Position numbers and translations under genes: made by a program. Source: an uncultured archaeon (lineage in GTDB: Archaea; Nanobdellota; Nanobdellia; Pacearchaeales; GW2011-AR1). Taken from it: a stretch of DNA of 64,000 nt. The notes under the pieces are model-generated. The model saw only the letters and a list, made by a program, of their open reading frames with translations, was not told where the DNA came from and did not search any database. Numbering within the stretch: position 1 is the stretch's first letter; the number at the start of each line of letters is the position of its first letter. The stretch covers positions 9,956 through 73,955 of the forward strand of contig CABMGN010000008.1 of the NCBI GenBank assembly GCA_902385635.1, in the 5' to 3' direction. Positions 48,070 to 57,909 of the stretch are shown here, in pieces.

Positions 48070-48201
48070 ATTCGATTCAATTAAAGAAGGTATAAAAATT
48101 TAATTGCAGAATCACATAAGCATAGCTAAGTAAAACATTCTATTTTCTGTGATACTTATGTTTGCCATACAAAAAGAATAGGGGTTAAGTATAAAAAACT
48201 A

Positions 48202-48272
48202 TGCGCCGGCCGGGAATCGGACCCGGATCCAAAGCTTGGGAAGCTTTTATTCTACCACTAAACTACCAGCGC
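48202..48272 (-). tRNA. tRNA-Gly(CCC)
   Basis: GCGCTGG...AAAGC-TTCCCAA-GCTTT...CCGGG-TCCGATT-CCCGG-CCGGCGCA. Confidence 0.9.
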
Positions 48273-48324
48273 ATAAAAATGCATAGAACAGGAAATTTAT
48301 AAACTATATTGCACTATAAAGAAG

Positions 48325-48882
48325 ATGGATCAAAGGGGTGAAGAAGAGAAGATAATCCGCCAGGGAAATGTTAGCATAATCCTTAATTCCTACAATGACC
48401 TCTTCTCAGATTTTGACCCAAGACCAACAACCGAAAGGGGTTTATCTGAAGATTTCTTAGACGAATGTAGAAGAGCAGTAAGAGACAAAAATTCGAAAGA
48501 AGCCGGTACAGAACTGAGAATTCTCGTTCCAAAAAATAAAAGAAATTCTCTAGAAGAGTCTCTAATAAAAAGAAGACTAAAAGATCATTTCGTAAAACAT
48601 TTCAGTGAAAAAAGAACAGACTTAAGGAAAACTCAAAGAGCCGGAGTAATACTAATAATTCTAGGGATGATCTTTATGTTTATTTCGTACTTAGCTTATT
48701 CGAGTATAATTTTTTCAAGTGAAATACTAAGAAATATAGTTCTTGTTATAACAGAGCCTGCAGGATGGTTTCTCTTCTGGATTGGTGGAGAAAAACTAGT
48801 ATATAGAGTAAAAGAAGTTCATCCAGAGTACGAATTCTATCAAAGAATGTCTGACGTGAAAGTTAGCTTCCATGGGTATTAA
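48325..48882 (+). CDS. Hypothetical membrane protein (2 TM)
   Basis: YNDLFSDFDPRP...LSEDFL; EPAGWFLFW. Confidence 0.75.
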   Translation: MDQRGEEEKIIRQGNVSIILNSYNDLFSDFDPRPTTERGLSEDFLDECRRAVRDKNSKEAGTELRILVPKNKRNSLEESLIKRRLKDHFVKHFSEKRTDLRKTQRAGVILIILGMIFMFISYLAYSSIIFSSEILRNIVLVITEPAGWFLFWIGGEKLVYRVKEVHPEYEFYQRMSDVKVSFHGY

Positions 48883-48938
48883 ATAGACCTAAGTTACACA
48901 AGCCTTTTAAATAAAACAAAACTCCAAAAGCTAATAAA

Positions 48939-49628
48939 ATGTTTAAGAAAAATAAATGTCACAACTGCAAAAGTAGAGTTAATGAGAAGTATGATTTCTG
49001 CCCACATTGTGGGAGCCCAATAAATGGAAAGGCTAAAGAGGACTTTGGAATGCTTGGAAAAAATGACATGCAGGAGCAAAATCCCCTTGCAGATCCTTTT
49101 TTCGGGGGAATGCTTGGTGGAGGAATGCTAAATAAGATGCTAAACAACACAATGAAAATGCTTGAAAAAGAGCTACAAAGAGATATGAAAGAAGCACAGA
49201 ATATGCCTGCCGGAAAAACAAACTTTGAACTGTATATTAATGGGAAAAAAATTGACCCCTCTAAGATAAAAGTAACACAAGTTCAAGAACAAGCTCAAGC
49301 GCAAGAAAGCAAGGAGTCAAAAAAGCAAAAAGAACAGTTAGTAACTGCATTTAATAAAGATCAAATGAAAAAGTTTTCAGAACTTCCAAGAATAGAACCC
49401 CAGACCTCATCAGTAAGAAGGTTCTCAAATAGGGTAATATACGAGATTGATCTACCTGAAGTAAAATCAGTTCAAGATGTTGCAATAACAAAATTAGAAA
49501 ATAGTATAGAAATAAAAGCAGTCGGGAAAACAAAGTCGTATTTTAAGGTAATTAATGTAGGGCTCCCAATAGCAGGATACGAATTAGAAGAAGGGAAGTT
49601 GATTCTAGAACTTGGCACAAAGGATTAA
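48939..49628 (+). CDS. Zn-ribbon + Hsp20-like domain protein
   Basis: CHNC...CPHCG; C-terminal YEIDLPEV...SIEIKA...GKLILEL. Confidence 0.7.
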   Translation: MFKKNKCHNCKSRVNEKYDFCPHCGSPINGKAKEDFGMLGKNDMQEQNPLADPFFGGMLGGGMLNKMLNNTMKMLEKELQRDMKEAQNMPAGKTNFELYINGKKIDPSKIKVTQVQEQAQAQESKESKKQKEQLVTAFNKDQMKKFSELPRIEPQTSSVRRFSNRVIYEIDLPEVKSVQDVAITKLENSIEIKAVGKTKSYFKVINVGLPIAGYELEEGKLILELGTKD

Positions 49629-49629
49629 A

Positions 49630-50304
49630 ATGAAAAAAAGTCTACATGTCGGAATTATCCTTGATGGAAATAGGAGATTTGCAAAAAGACTTATGCGTGA
49701 ACCCTGGCAAGGTCACAAATACGGTGCAAAAAAAGTTGAGGAAGTATTTTCGTGGTGCAAAGATTTGAACATAAAAGAAATAACTCTTTACGCACTTTCT
49801 GTAGAAAACTTAAATCGCCCAAAAAAGGAGCTAAATTTTTTAATGAACCTATTTGAAGAAGAGTTTGAAAAATTAGAGAATGATTCAAGACTTGAAGATA
49901 ACAAAATAAGAATAAAATTTATTGGTAAGAGAGAGCTTTTGAATAAAAAGCTACAAAAAACAATGGGCGTTCTTGAAAAGAAAACAGAGAAAAATAACCG
50001 CTATAAGATAAATATAGCAATGGCTTATGGGGGAAGGCAAGAGATCATCAAAGCAGTGAAGTTGATGATTAAAAATAAGCAAGATATTACTGAAAAAAAT
50101 CTTGAAAAAAATCTTAGCTTAAATTCTTCTCCAGATTTAATAATAAGAACAGGTGGAGAAAAAAGAACTTCAAACTTCTTACCCTGGCAGTCTGTTTACT
50201 CTGAATGGTTTTTCTTAAAAAAAATGTGGCCAGAGTTCAATAAAGAAGACCTTAAAAGAGTAATCTTGGAATTCTATAAAAGAGAAAGAAGATTTGGAAA
50301 ATAA
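49630..50304 (+). CDS. uppS: cis-prenyltransferase (UppS family)
   Basis: HVGIILDGNRR, YALSVEN, YGGRQEI, IRTGGEKRTSNFL, RRFG. Confidence 0.95.
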   Translation: MKKSLHVGIILDGNRRFAKRLMREPWQGHKYGAKKVEEVFSWCKDLNIKEITLYALSVENLNRPKKELNFLMNLFEEEFEKLENDSRLEDNKIRIKFIGKRELLNKKLQKTMGVLEKKTEKNNRYKINIAMAYGGRQEIIKAVKLMIKNKQDITEKNLEKNLSLNSSPDLIIRTGGEKRTSNFLPWQSVYSEWFFLKKMWPEFNKEDLKRVILEFYKRERRFGK

Positions 50305-50351
50305 AGGATTAGGTAACTTTTATAAACATTTTATTTGTCGATTTTCTATAT

Positions 50352-50426
50352 GAGGCTGTAGCTCAGCCTGGTTAGAGCACCGCTCTGATAAGGCGGGGGT
50401 CCACGGTTCAAATCCGTGCAGTCTCA
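50352..50426 (+). tRNA. tRNA-Ile(GAT)
   Basis: GAGGCTG...CCGCT-CTGATAA-GGCGG...GTTCAAAT...CAGTCTCA; TATA upstream. Confidence 0.95.
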
Positions 50427-50477
50427 TACAAAACTATTTCTAATAAGGTTTAAAAACCAATTTTCCCCTAATTTCTC

Positions 50478-51050
50478 ATGGTAAAAGGTATGTATCACTA
50501 TATTCAAAAGGCGTGGAAAAAGCCAGATGCAAAAACACTTAGAGAGAGAATGACTGCGTGGAGAGCTTCTGAAGCAATAACAAAAGTAGACAAACCAATA
50601 AGATTAGATAGAGCAAGAGCGCTAGGATACAAAGACAAAAAAGGATTCGTTGTTGCAAGAGTAAGATTAGTTCGAGGCGGGCATGCAAGAACAAGACCGA
50701 ACAAAGGAAGAAGGAGTAAAAGAATGCACACACATAAAAATCTGAAGATAAATTACAAATGGATTGCAGAACAAAGAGCAGCAAGCAAGTATACAAATCT
50801 TGAAGTGCTAAATTCTTACAATATTGGGAAAGATGGGGTGCATTATTTCTTTGAAGTAATAATGGTTGATCCCGAAAGACCTGAAATATCTAATGACTCT
50901 ACAATTAATTGGATATGCAAACCAGAAAACAGAGGAAGAGTTTTCCGAGGCAAAACTTCTGCAGGGAAAAAGTCAAGAGGCCTAAGAAGTAGATCTCCAA
51001 TGAATAAGAACAGACCTTCAGTAAGATCAGGTATGCACAGAGGTAAGTAA
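50478..51050 (+). CDS. rpl15e: 50S ribosomal protein L15e
   Basis: RLDRARALGYK, NLEVLNSY, RVFRGKTSAGKKSRGL. Confidence 0.97.
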   Translation: MVKGMYHYIQKAWKKPDAKTLRERMTAWRASEAITKVDKPIRLDRARALGYKDKKGFVVARVRLVRGGHARTRPNKGRRSKRMHTHKNLKINYKWIAEQRAASKYTNLEVLNSYNIGKDGVHYFFEVIMVDPERPEISNDSTINWICKPENRGRVFRGKTSAGKKSRGLRSRSPMNKNRPSVRSGMHRGK

Positions 51051-51090
51051 GTTTCATAAAATATAAAAATCCATTCCTTCTAAGTTAAAT

Positions 51091-51468
51091 ATGACAAAAC
51101 TAAGAGAGATTTACAAATGTGAAGTTTGCGGCAATATCGTTGAGGTTGTTCATGAAGGTGCTGGAACTTTAGTTTGTTGTGGTAAACCTATGGTTTTACA
51201 AAAAGAAAATTCTGTTGATGCTTCTCTAGAAAAACACATCCCAGTAATTGAGTTCAATGAAGAAGGAGTTTCAATTAAAGTAGGAAGTGTGCCTCATCCA
51301 ATGATCCCAGAACATTACATAGAATGGATTGAAATCTATACTGATAATGGAACTTCAAAGAAGTTTTTGAAGCCGGGAGATAAACCTGAAGTTAAATTTG
51401 CTTTAAAAACAAAGAACATTGGTGCAAGAGCTTATTGTAATTTACACGGTTTATGGAAAAGTAAGTAA
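51091..51468 (+). CDS. dfx: Desulfoferrodoxin (2Fe superoxide reductase)
   Basis: CEVCGN...CCG, EKHIP, HPM..EHYIEWI, CNLHGLW. Confidence 0.95.
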   Translation: MTKLREIYKCEVCGNIVEVVHEGAGTLVCCGKPMVLQKENSVDASLEKHIPVIEFNEEGVSIKVGSVPHPMIPEHYIEWIEIYTDNGTSKKFLKPGDKPEVKFALKTKNIGARAYCNLHGLWKSK

Positions 51469-51506
51469 TTCTCAAAACTTAAATAGTTTAGTTTCTTTTT
51501 ATAAAG

Positions 51507-53219
51507 ATGCTTTACAAAAGAATAGCAGAACTTTATGACAAGATAAGTTCAACAACAAAACGTCTAGAAAAAATAGATACTATTTCAAAATTCTTAGAAG
51601 ATCTTTCAGAGAAAGACAAAGAAGTAATGTATCTTCTTCTTGGAAGCATTTACGCAGATTATGACGAATCCAAGATTGGAATCTCAGAACAACTTGTAAT
51701 AAAGGCTATTTCAAAAACAACCGGAGAGAATAAAGAGAGAATTATTCATGAGTGGAAAAAAGTTGGAGACCTGGGCCAAGTAGCACAAAATTTAACTCAG
51801 AATAAAAAACAATCGAATCTATTCGGATTAAAAATACTTACAGCAGGAAAAGTATTAGAAAGTCTAAGAAAACTTCCTCTTTTAGAAGGGGAAGGAACAG
51901 TTGAAAAAAAGATTACAATAATAACAGAACTTCTGACTTCAGCAAGTTCGATTGAAGCAAAATATATTGTAAGGACTTTAATTGGTGATTTAAGAATTGG
52001 AATCCAAGAATCAACAATTAGAGAGTCTCTTGCAAAAGCATTCTTTCCAGAAATACAAAAAGAAGCTTCTGTAAAAATTCAGGAAGCTTTAGACAGGTCA
52101 AATGATGTTGCTCTTATTTTCGAAATTGCAAAAAGAAGGAAAATAAAAGATTTAGAAGATGTATCTCTCGAAGTAGGAAAAGCAATAAAAGTAATGCTTG
52201 CTCAAAAAGCACTAAACATTGAAGACGGATTTGAAAAAGTAGGAAAACCTGCAGCAATAGAATACAAATATGATGGTTTCCGACTCCTAATCCACAAAAG
52301 CCCAGAAGGAAAAATAACTCTTTATACAAGAAGGTTAGAGAATGTAACAAAACAATTCCCAGAAGCAGTTGAGTACGTACAAAAGTATGTTACAGGAAAG
52401 TCGTTTATTCTTGATTCAGAAGCAATAGGATTCGACAAAAAAACAAAGAGATATACTCAATTTCAGCATATATCTCAAAGAATAAAAAGAAAATACGATA
52501 TTGAAAAAGTTCAGCAAGAACTTCCGATAGAAATAAATGTTTTTGATATTCTCTACTACAACGGAAAATCATTTATTGGAGAACCTTTCCAAAAAAGAAC
52601 CGCGCAGGTAAGAAAGATAATAAAAGAAACCCCTTATAAAATAGTTCCGGCAAAACAGATAATAACAGACTCTCTAGAAAAAGCAGAAAAATTCTACAAA
52701 AAAGCACTCGAAGACAATCAAGAAGGAGTTATGATGAAAAGCCTTGATTCAAAATACCAACCCGGTAGCAGAGTTGGATTCATGTTAAAAGTAAAACCTT
52801 CGCAAAAGGATTTTGATTTAGTAATAACTGGTGCAGAATACGGCAAAGGAAAAAGATCTGGTTGGTTAACAAGTTTTACTCTTTCTTGTAGAGATGAAGA
52901 AACAGGAAAATTCCTAGAAATAGGAAAAGTAGGCACAGGTATTTCAGAAAAAGCAGAAAGTACAGAAGGTACAGAAAGAACAACCTTTGAGGAATTAACA
53001 GAATTACTAAAGCCACTAATAATAAAAGAATCTGGAAAAGACATTATTGTTAAACCAAAAATTGTTGTTGCAATAACCTACCAAGAAATTCAAAAATCAC
53101 CAACCTATTCTTCGGGATTCGCCTTAAGATTCCCGAGAGTTACTACTTTACGTCCAGATAAACCGGTTTCAGAGATAAACACTTTACAAGAAATTGAGAA
53201 AGAGGTTTTTGGGAAATGA
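51507..53219 (+). CDS. lig: ATP-dependent DNA ligase
   Basis: EYKYDGFR, EGVMMK, DLVI, GFALRFPR; internal PIP-like KQSNLF. Confidence 0.96.
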   Translation: MLYKRIAELYDKISSTTKRLEKIDTISKFLEDLSEKDKEVMYLLLGSIYADYDESKIGISEQLVIKAISKTTGENKERIIHEWKKVGDLGQVAQNLTQNKKQSNLFGLKILTAGKVLESLRKLPLLEGEGTVEKKITIITELLTSASSIEAKYIVRTLIGDLRIGIQESTIRESLAKAFFPEIQKEASVKIQEALDRSNDVALIFEIAKRRKIKDLEDVSLEVGKAIKVMLAQKALNIEDGFEKVGKPAAIEYKYDGFRLLIHKSPEGKITLYTRRLENVTKQFPEAVEYVQKYVTGKSFILDSEAIGFDKKTKRYTQFQHISQRIKRKYDIEKVQQELPIEINVFDILYYNGKSFIGEPFQKRTAQVRKIIKETPYKIVPAKQIITDSLEKAEKFYKKALEDNQEGVMMKSLDSKYQPGSRVGFMLKVKPSQKDFDLVITGAEYGKGKRSGWLTSFTLSCRDEETGKFLEIGKVGTGISEKAESTEGTERTTFEELTELLKPLIIKESGKDIIVKPKIVVAITYQEIQKSPTYSSGFALRFPRVTTLRPDKPVSEINTLQEIEKEVFGK

Positions 53220-53422
53220 AGAATAAAAAGAAAGTAGATAAAAGGCTCATGTTTATTAAACAGACAGTCTTTTTTTCGATAATTTTTTATTTTTTAAGTT
53301 GGATTATAGGAGAGTACATCCCATTTATTTTTTGCCTTATAGGGGGGGTTGTTTACGGTGCGCTTATAACTTGGTACATCAAAAGAAGGGAATTAAAAAG
53401 AAAAGGTAAAGAAACAGGATAA
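53216..53422 (+). CDS. Small membrane protein
   Basis: ATGA overlap with lig; 2 TM. Confidence 0.6.
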   Translation: MKNKKKVDKRLMFIKQTVFFSIIFYFLSWIIGEYIPFIFCLIGGVVYGALITWYIKRRELKRKGKETG

Positions 53423-53423
53423 G

Positions 53424-53720
53424 ATGAATCTAATTATATGGGGGTTAATTTTAGATATAATTGGTGTTTTTATCTTAGCCTTTTCAACAGCCGTAAGTTC
53501 TTGGCATGGGAAATATAATTTCCCTTTTTGGAAAAAAAGGTATTATTGGAACGGGTGGAGGCCATTTTATAGAAATACTGAAACAAAGAAATTAACCTGG
53601 AAATGGAATCATAAACCTCTTGTTTTTGGATGGATTCCACCAAAATACAAATTAGACATATTCGGCTTTCTTTTAATCTTAACTGGATTTATATTACAAT
53701 TAATATTTTACCTAAATTAA
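53424..53720 (+). CDS. Small membrane protein with Trp-rich loop
   Basis: GLILDIIG...GFILQL flanking TMs. Confidence 0.65.
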   Translation: MNLIIWGLILDIIGVFILAFSTAVSSWHGKYNFPFWKKRYYWNGWRPFYRNTETKKLTWKWNHKPLVFGWIPPKYKLDIFGFLLILTGFILQLIFYLN

Positions 53721-53819
53721 TTCTGTGTAAAAAGTAAGTCTTTGTTCAGATTAACCCTTTAGTAGATTGTGCAGGTTTTTAGAAATAGGTTACTTTGTGC
53801 AAAGCCGCCCACCTAAAAA

Positions 53820-53849
53820 CCTTTATAAACCCGCGAAGCCCTTTATAAA
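53820..53849 (+). promoter_or_regulatory. Tandem TATA boxes (CCTTTATAAA x2) upstream of tbp
   Basis: Identical 10-mers at 53820-53829 and 53840-53849. Confidence 0.65.
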
Positions 53850-53853
53850 TAGA

Positions 53854-54414
53854 ATGGCCAAGTCAGACAGCAACTATAAGATCCAAAATATTGTTGCAAC
53901 AGCTTCTTTAGGAAAACCAGTTCCTTTAACAAAACTGGCCAAAACAAATCCTAATACAGAATACAATCCAAAGACTTTCCCGGGTCTTGTTCTAAGAATT
54001 AAAGAGCCAAAATCAGCTGTTCTTGTCTTCTCATCGGGAAATCTTGTCTGTACAGGTACAAAGTCAATAGCACAAGTCAAAGAAGTAATTCAGGAAGTAA
54101 TAAAACAACTAAGAAAAATAAGCGTCAATATTACAATAGTTCCAAAGATAACAGTTCAAAATATTGTAGCATCCGGAACAATTGATCTAAAACTCAATCT
54201 AAACTTCCTAGCTCTAGAGATGCAGAATACAGAATACGAACCAGAGCAGTTTCCAGGCTTAGTTTACAAATTAATAGAACCAAATGCAACATTCCTTTTA
54301 TTCTCAAACGGAAAACTTGTCTGTACAGGTACAAAAAACAAAGACCAGCTTGAACAAAGCATGGCTATGCTTCTAAAGAATGTTAAGACTGCTCTAAAGA
54401 ACTACCAGAAGTAA
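53854..54414 (+). CDS. tbp: TATA-box binding protein
   Basis: Two repeats NIVA...EY.P..FPGLV...F..G.LVCTG; ATG53854. Confidence 0.97.
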   Translation: MAKSDSNYKIQNIVATASLGKPVPLTKLAKTNPNTEYNPKTFPGLVLRIKEPKSAVLVFSSGNLVCTGTKSIAQVKEVIQEVIKQLRKISVNITIVPKITVQNIVASGTIDLKLNLNFLALEMQNTEYEPEQFPGLVYKLIEPNATFLLFSNGKLVCTGTKNKDQLEQSMAMLLKNVKTALKNYQK

Positions 54415-54487
54415 TCTTTCTAAAACTACTTAAAAGTCTGCATAAATCTATAAAAACACCCCTAACTGATAAAAATAGAGGTTTATT

Positions 54488-56548
54488 ATGGAAGAGGAAT
54501 CATTCTCAACAGAGTCAACAAAACCACAAGGCGACTCATCAAAAAATGAGGAACTAGTAATTGAAGCTAAGAATTTCTTTGACTTTCACAAGAAAGAGCT
54601 AGGAGAATCCCTTAGGAAAGGGAACAATGTCATTTACATCAACTTCATGACCCTAACCGAGTTTTCAAACGTTCTTTCAGACGAACTTCTAGCAAACCCA
54701 GAAGAAGTCCTAAGATTAATAGAAATGGCTATTGAAGAATCTGGGCTAGTAAAAAATGTAAGAGTCAGACTTTATAACACACCACCAAGCCAGGAAATAA
54801 AAATTAGAGAAATCCGTTCAAAACATCTAAACGAACTAATCACAATTGAAGGGATTATTAGACAAGCTTCTGATGTCCGTCCGCAAGTAGTTAATGCAAA
54901 GTTTGAATGCCCAAGTTGTGGAACAATTATTTCTGTTTTACAATTAGAAAAAAAATTCAGAGAACCAACAAGATGTTCCTGCGGGAGAAGAGGTGGATTT
55001 AGATTAATAAGTAAAGAGATGGTTGATACACAAAGACTTGTAATTGAAGAGTCTCCTGAAGCACTCCTCGGAGGAGAACAACCAAAAAGAATGAATGTGT
55101 TTGTCAAAGAAGATCTAGTTGAACCCCGAATGGAAGAAAAAACAACACCCGGAGCAAGAGTAAAAGCGATTGGTGTTCTAAAAGAAGTTCCTGTTCCCCT
55201 ATCAACTGGCGGCATGTCAACACGTTTTGAGTTAGCAGTTGAAGCAAATAATGTTATTCCAATGGAAGAAACATTTGAAGAATTAGATATTTCAGATGAA
55301 GATGAACGTCAGATCCTAGAACTTTCAGCAGATCCACACGTATTTGATAAACTTGCAAGCAGTATTACTCCAAGTGTTTGGGGTTACGAAGAAATCAAAC
55401 GTTCACTCGTATTACAATTGTTTGGAGGAGTACAAAAAAATAAACCAAACGGAGGAAAACAAAGAGGAGATATTCATATTTTACTTATTGGTGATCCCGG
55501 AGTTGCAAAATCAGTAACTCTTGGATTCATGGCAAACATCTCTCCAAAAGGCCGTTATGTTGTTGGTAAAAGCGCTTCAGGTGCAGGACTTACTGCAACA
55601 GTAGTAAGAGACGAGTATCTTAAGGGCTGGTCTCTAGAAGCAGGAGCAATGGTTCTAGCACATAAAGGTCTAGTCTGTATTGATGAATTAGAAAAAATGG
55701 ATCCACAAGATAGAAGTGCCATGCACGAAGCAATGGAGCAGCAAACAGTAACAGTTTCAAAAGCAAATGTTCAGGCTCAACTAAAAGCTGAAACATCTGT
55801 CCTAGCTGCAGCGAATCCAAAATTCGGACGTTTTGATCCGTACCAGTCAATTGCACAACAGATAGATCTTCCTCCAACACTAATTAACAGATTTGATATT
55901 ATATTCACACTACGAGATATCCCTAGCAGAGAAAGAGACGATATGATTGCAACACATGTACTAGAAGAGCACAGAACAACTGGAAGCGAAATGTTAGTTT
56001 CACGAGAACTTTTCAGAAAGTACGTAGCCTACACAAAACAAAGAGTAAAACCAGAATTATCTGATGAAGCAATTACAGAAATAAAAAAGTTCTATGTTGA
56101 TTTAAGGAACAAACCAGTATCTTCAGAAGCAGCAATGCGCCCAATCCCAATTTCAGCCAGACAGTTACAAGCTTTAGTAAGAATGGCCGAAGCATCAGCA
56201 AAAGTTAGGTTAAGTAAAACAGTATCCCTTGAAGATGCAAGAAGAGCCATCGAAATAATGAAATACTACCTTATGCAAGTCGGTTATGATTACGAATCAA
56301 AAACATTTGACATAGATAAAGTTTCAGGAAAATTCTCATTCTCGCAAAGAAGTAAGATATTGTTAGTAAAAGACGCCATTACTGCACTTGAGACAAAGCT
56401 TGGGAAAATGATTCCTATAGAAGAGATTGAAAAAGAAGTTGCAGAAAAAGTAACAAAAGCAGAACTAGAAGATTTAATTCAAAAACTAAAACAGAATGGA
56501 GAAATTTTTGAACCAAGAAGGGGGTTCATTCAGAAATCAGATAGTTAA
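54488..56548 (+). CDS. mcm: MCM replicative helicase
   Basis: Zn finger, GDPGVAKS, GLTA, IDELEKM, MEQQ, AANP, NRFD; no intein. Confidence 0.97.
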   Translation: MEEESFSTESTKPQGDSSKNEELVIEAKNFFDFHKKELGESLRKGNNVIYINFMTLTEFSNVLSDELLANPEEVLRLIEMAIEESGLVKNVRVRLYNTPPSQEIKIREIRSKHLNELITIEGIIRQASDVRPQVVNAKFECPSCGTIISVLQLEKKFREPTRCSCGRRGGFRLISKEMVDTQRLVIEESPEALLGGEQPKRMNVFVKEDLVEPRMEEKTTPGARVKAIGVLKEVPVPLSTGGMSTRFELAVEANNVIPMEETFEELDISDEDERQILELSADPHVFDKLASSITPSVWGYEEIKRSLVLQLFGGVQKNKPNGGKQRGDIHILLIGDPGVAKSVTLGFMANISPKGRYVVGKSASGAGLTATVVRDEYLKGWSLEAGAMVLAHKGLVCIDELEKMDPQDRSAMHEAMEQQTVTVSKANVQAQLKAETSVLAAANPKFGRFDPYQSIAQQIDLPPTLINRFDIIFTLRDIPSRERDDMIATHVLEEHRTTGSEMLVSRELFRKYVAYTKQRVKPELSDEAITEIKKFYVDLRNKPVSSEAAMRPIPISARQLQALVRMAEASAKVRLSKTVSLEDARRAIEIMKYYLMQVGYDYESKTFDIDKVSGKFSFSQRSKILLVKDAITALETKLGKMIPIEEIEKEVAEKVTKAELEDLIQKLKQNGEIFEPRRGFIQKSDS

Positions 56549-56588
56549 TCCTGATTAACCTTTTAAACTACATTCAATTTTTTAAACA

Positions 56589-57221
56589 ATGCCAGAAGAA
56601 CAATTCAAAAGAAATATTGCATTCAAGCTGAGAGTAGGAGAAATTCTAGGAGGAAAACCTTACCTAGAGAATGAAAAATTCACCTTTTTAGAACTTGGGA
56701 ATAGAAAAATCGTAAGGGTAAATGTTATAGGAAACATAACAGACAAATACGAAAGTAATGGAGAAAGAAAGTTCCTTTTCATAACCCTTGATGATGGTTC
56801 GGGTCAGATAAAATTGAAAACATTCGGAGATGACTGTGCAAAATTTGCAGAGCTAATGCAAGGAGAAACAGTAGTAGTTATTGGAACATTAAGGTATTTC
56901 AATAATGAGATCTACATTGCACCAGAAATAGTAAAAGAACAAGATCCAAGATACCTTTTGATAAGAAAGTTAGAACTAGAAAAAGAAAAAGCACAGAATA
57001 CAGACCCAGTAAAAGTAAGTAAAGAACAAATCATCGCAGTAAAGGATAGAATCTTAGAAAATATAAAAAATTCCGAAGATATTGGGGGGGTAAGTATAGA
57101 ACAATTAATTATGAAACTTAATGATATCTCTCCAGAAATAATCAACCAAGAGATTAAAAAGTTCATTGAAGAAGGCATTGTATTTGAGCCGCGCCCAGGA
57201 AAAGTTAGATATCTTGGCTGA
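56589..57221 (+). CDS. RPA32-like OB-fold + winged-helix ssDNA-binding protein
   Basis: RVNVIG, LDDGSG, C-terminal EGIVFEPRPG. Confidence 0.8.
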   Translation: MPEEQFKRNIAFKLRVGEILGGKPYLENEKFTFLELGNRKIVRVNVIGNITDKYESNGERKFLFITLDDGSGQIKLKTFGDDCAKFAELMQGETVVVIGTLRYFNNEIYIAPEIVKEQDPRYLLIRKLELEKEKAQNTDPVKVSKEQIIAVKDRILENIKNSEDIGGVSIEQLIMKLNDISPEIINQEIKKFIEEGIVFEPRPGKVRYLG

Positions 57222-57267
57222 AATTCTGTTTCAAAACCCTTATAAATCACCCAAAATTACAGTTTAG

Positions 57268-57678
57268 ATGGAATCTTATGAACAAATGCTTGATGAAGCT
57301 TACAAAAAAATAAAGAAGCCCGAAGGAACTGGAGAGAGATTTGAGATACCTAAAGTTGAAGGGCACATAGAAGGAAAGAAAACAATCCTAACTAACTTCT
57401 TTCAGATAGCATCATACTTAAGAAGAGACCCAGAACATTTCCAGAAATTTTTATTGAGAGAGCTAGCAACACAAGGACAAAAAGAAGGAGATAGAATGAT
57501 ATTAAATAATAAAATTCCAAGTTCAAAAATTAATCAAAAAATAGAAGAATACACAAAAGAATTTGTTTTATGTAAACAGTGTGGAAAGCCAGATACAGAG
57601 ATAGTAAAAGAAGATAGAGTTGCATTCTTACGATGTTTAGCCTGTGGTGCAAAACATTCAATAAGAAGCAAAATATAA
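57268..57678 (+). CDS. eif2b: Translation initiation factor 2 subunit beta
   Basis: ERFEIP, CKQCGKPDT, CLACGA. Confidence 0.95.
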   Translation: MESYEQMLDEAYKKIKKPEGTGERFEIPKVEGHIEGKKTILTNFFQIASYLRRDPEHFQKFLLRELATQGQKEGDRMILNNKIPSSKINQKIEEYTKEFVLCKQCGKPDTEIVKEDRVAFLRCLACGAKHSIRSKI

Positions 57679-57729
57679 AAAATCATATTCTTTCGCTAAG
57701 AAAGAGAATTAAAATCACGGAGGTAAAAG

Positions 57730-57876
57730 ATGGTTCAAGGATATTGCGTTAAATGCAAAGAAACAGTTGAAATGAAAGACCCACAAGAAAGCAAGACTTC
57801 AAAAGGAACACCTATGTTCAAAGGGAAATGCCCAAAATGTGGAACAACTGTTTGTAGAATTGGAAGCAAGAAATAA
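57730..57876 (+). CDS. Small Zn-ribbon protein, DUF5679-like (48 aa; absent from ORF track)
   Basis: Hand translation MVQGYCVKCKETVEMKDPQESKTSKGTPMFKGKCPKCGTTVCRIGSKK; SD GGAGGT; T tract downstream. Confidence 0.85.
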   Translation: MVQGYCVKCKETVEMKDPQESKTSKGTPMFKGKCPKCGTTVCRIGSKK

Positions 57877-57909
57877 AAACAAAAATAAATTTTTATTTTT
57901 TTTATTAAT

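Noticed and set aside
48112-48168. 18-codon minus-strand ORF between tRNA-Gly and metG
   Set aside because: Too short to support; no recognisable motif or independent evidence
54043-54335. 20-nt direct repeat CTTGTCTGTACAGGTACAAA within tbp
   Set aside because: Explained by the intrinsic two-fold repeat of TBP (LVCTGTK)
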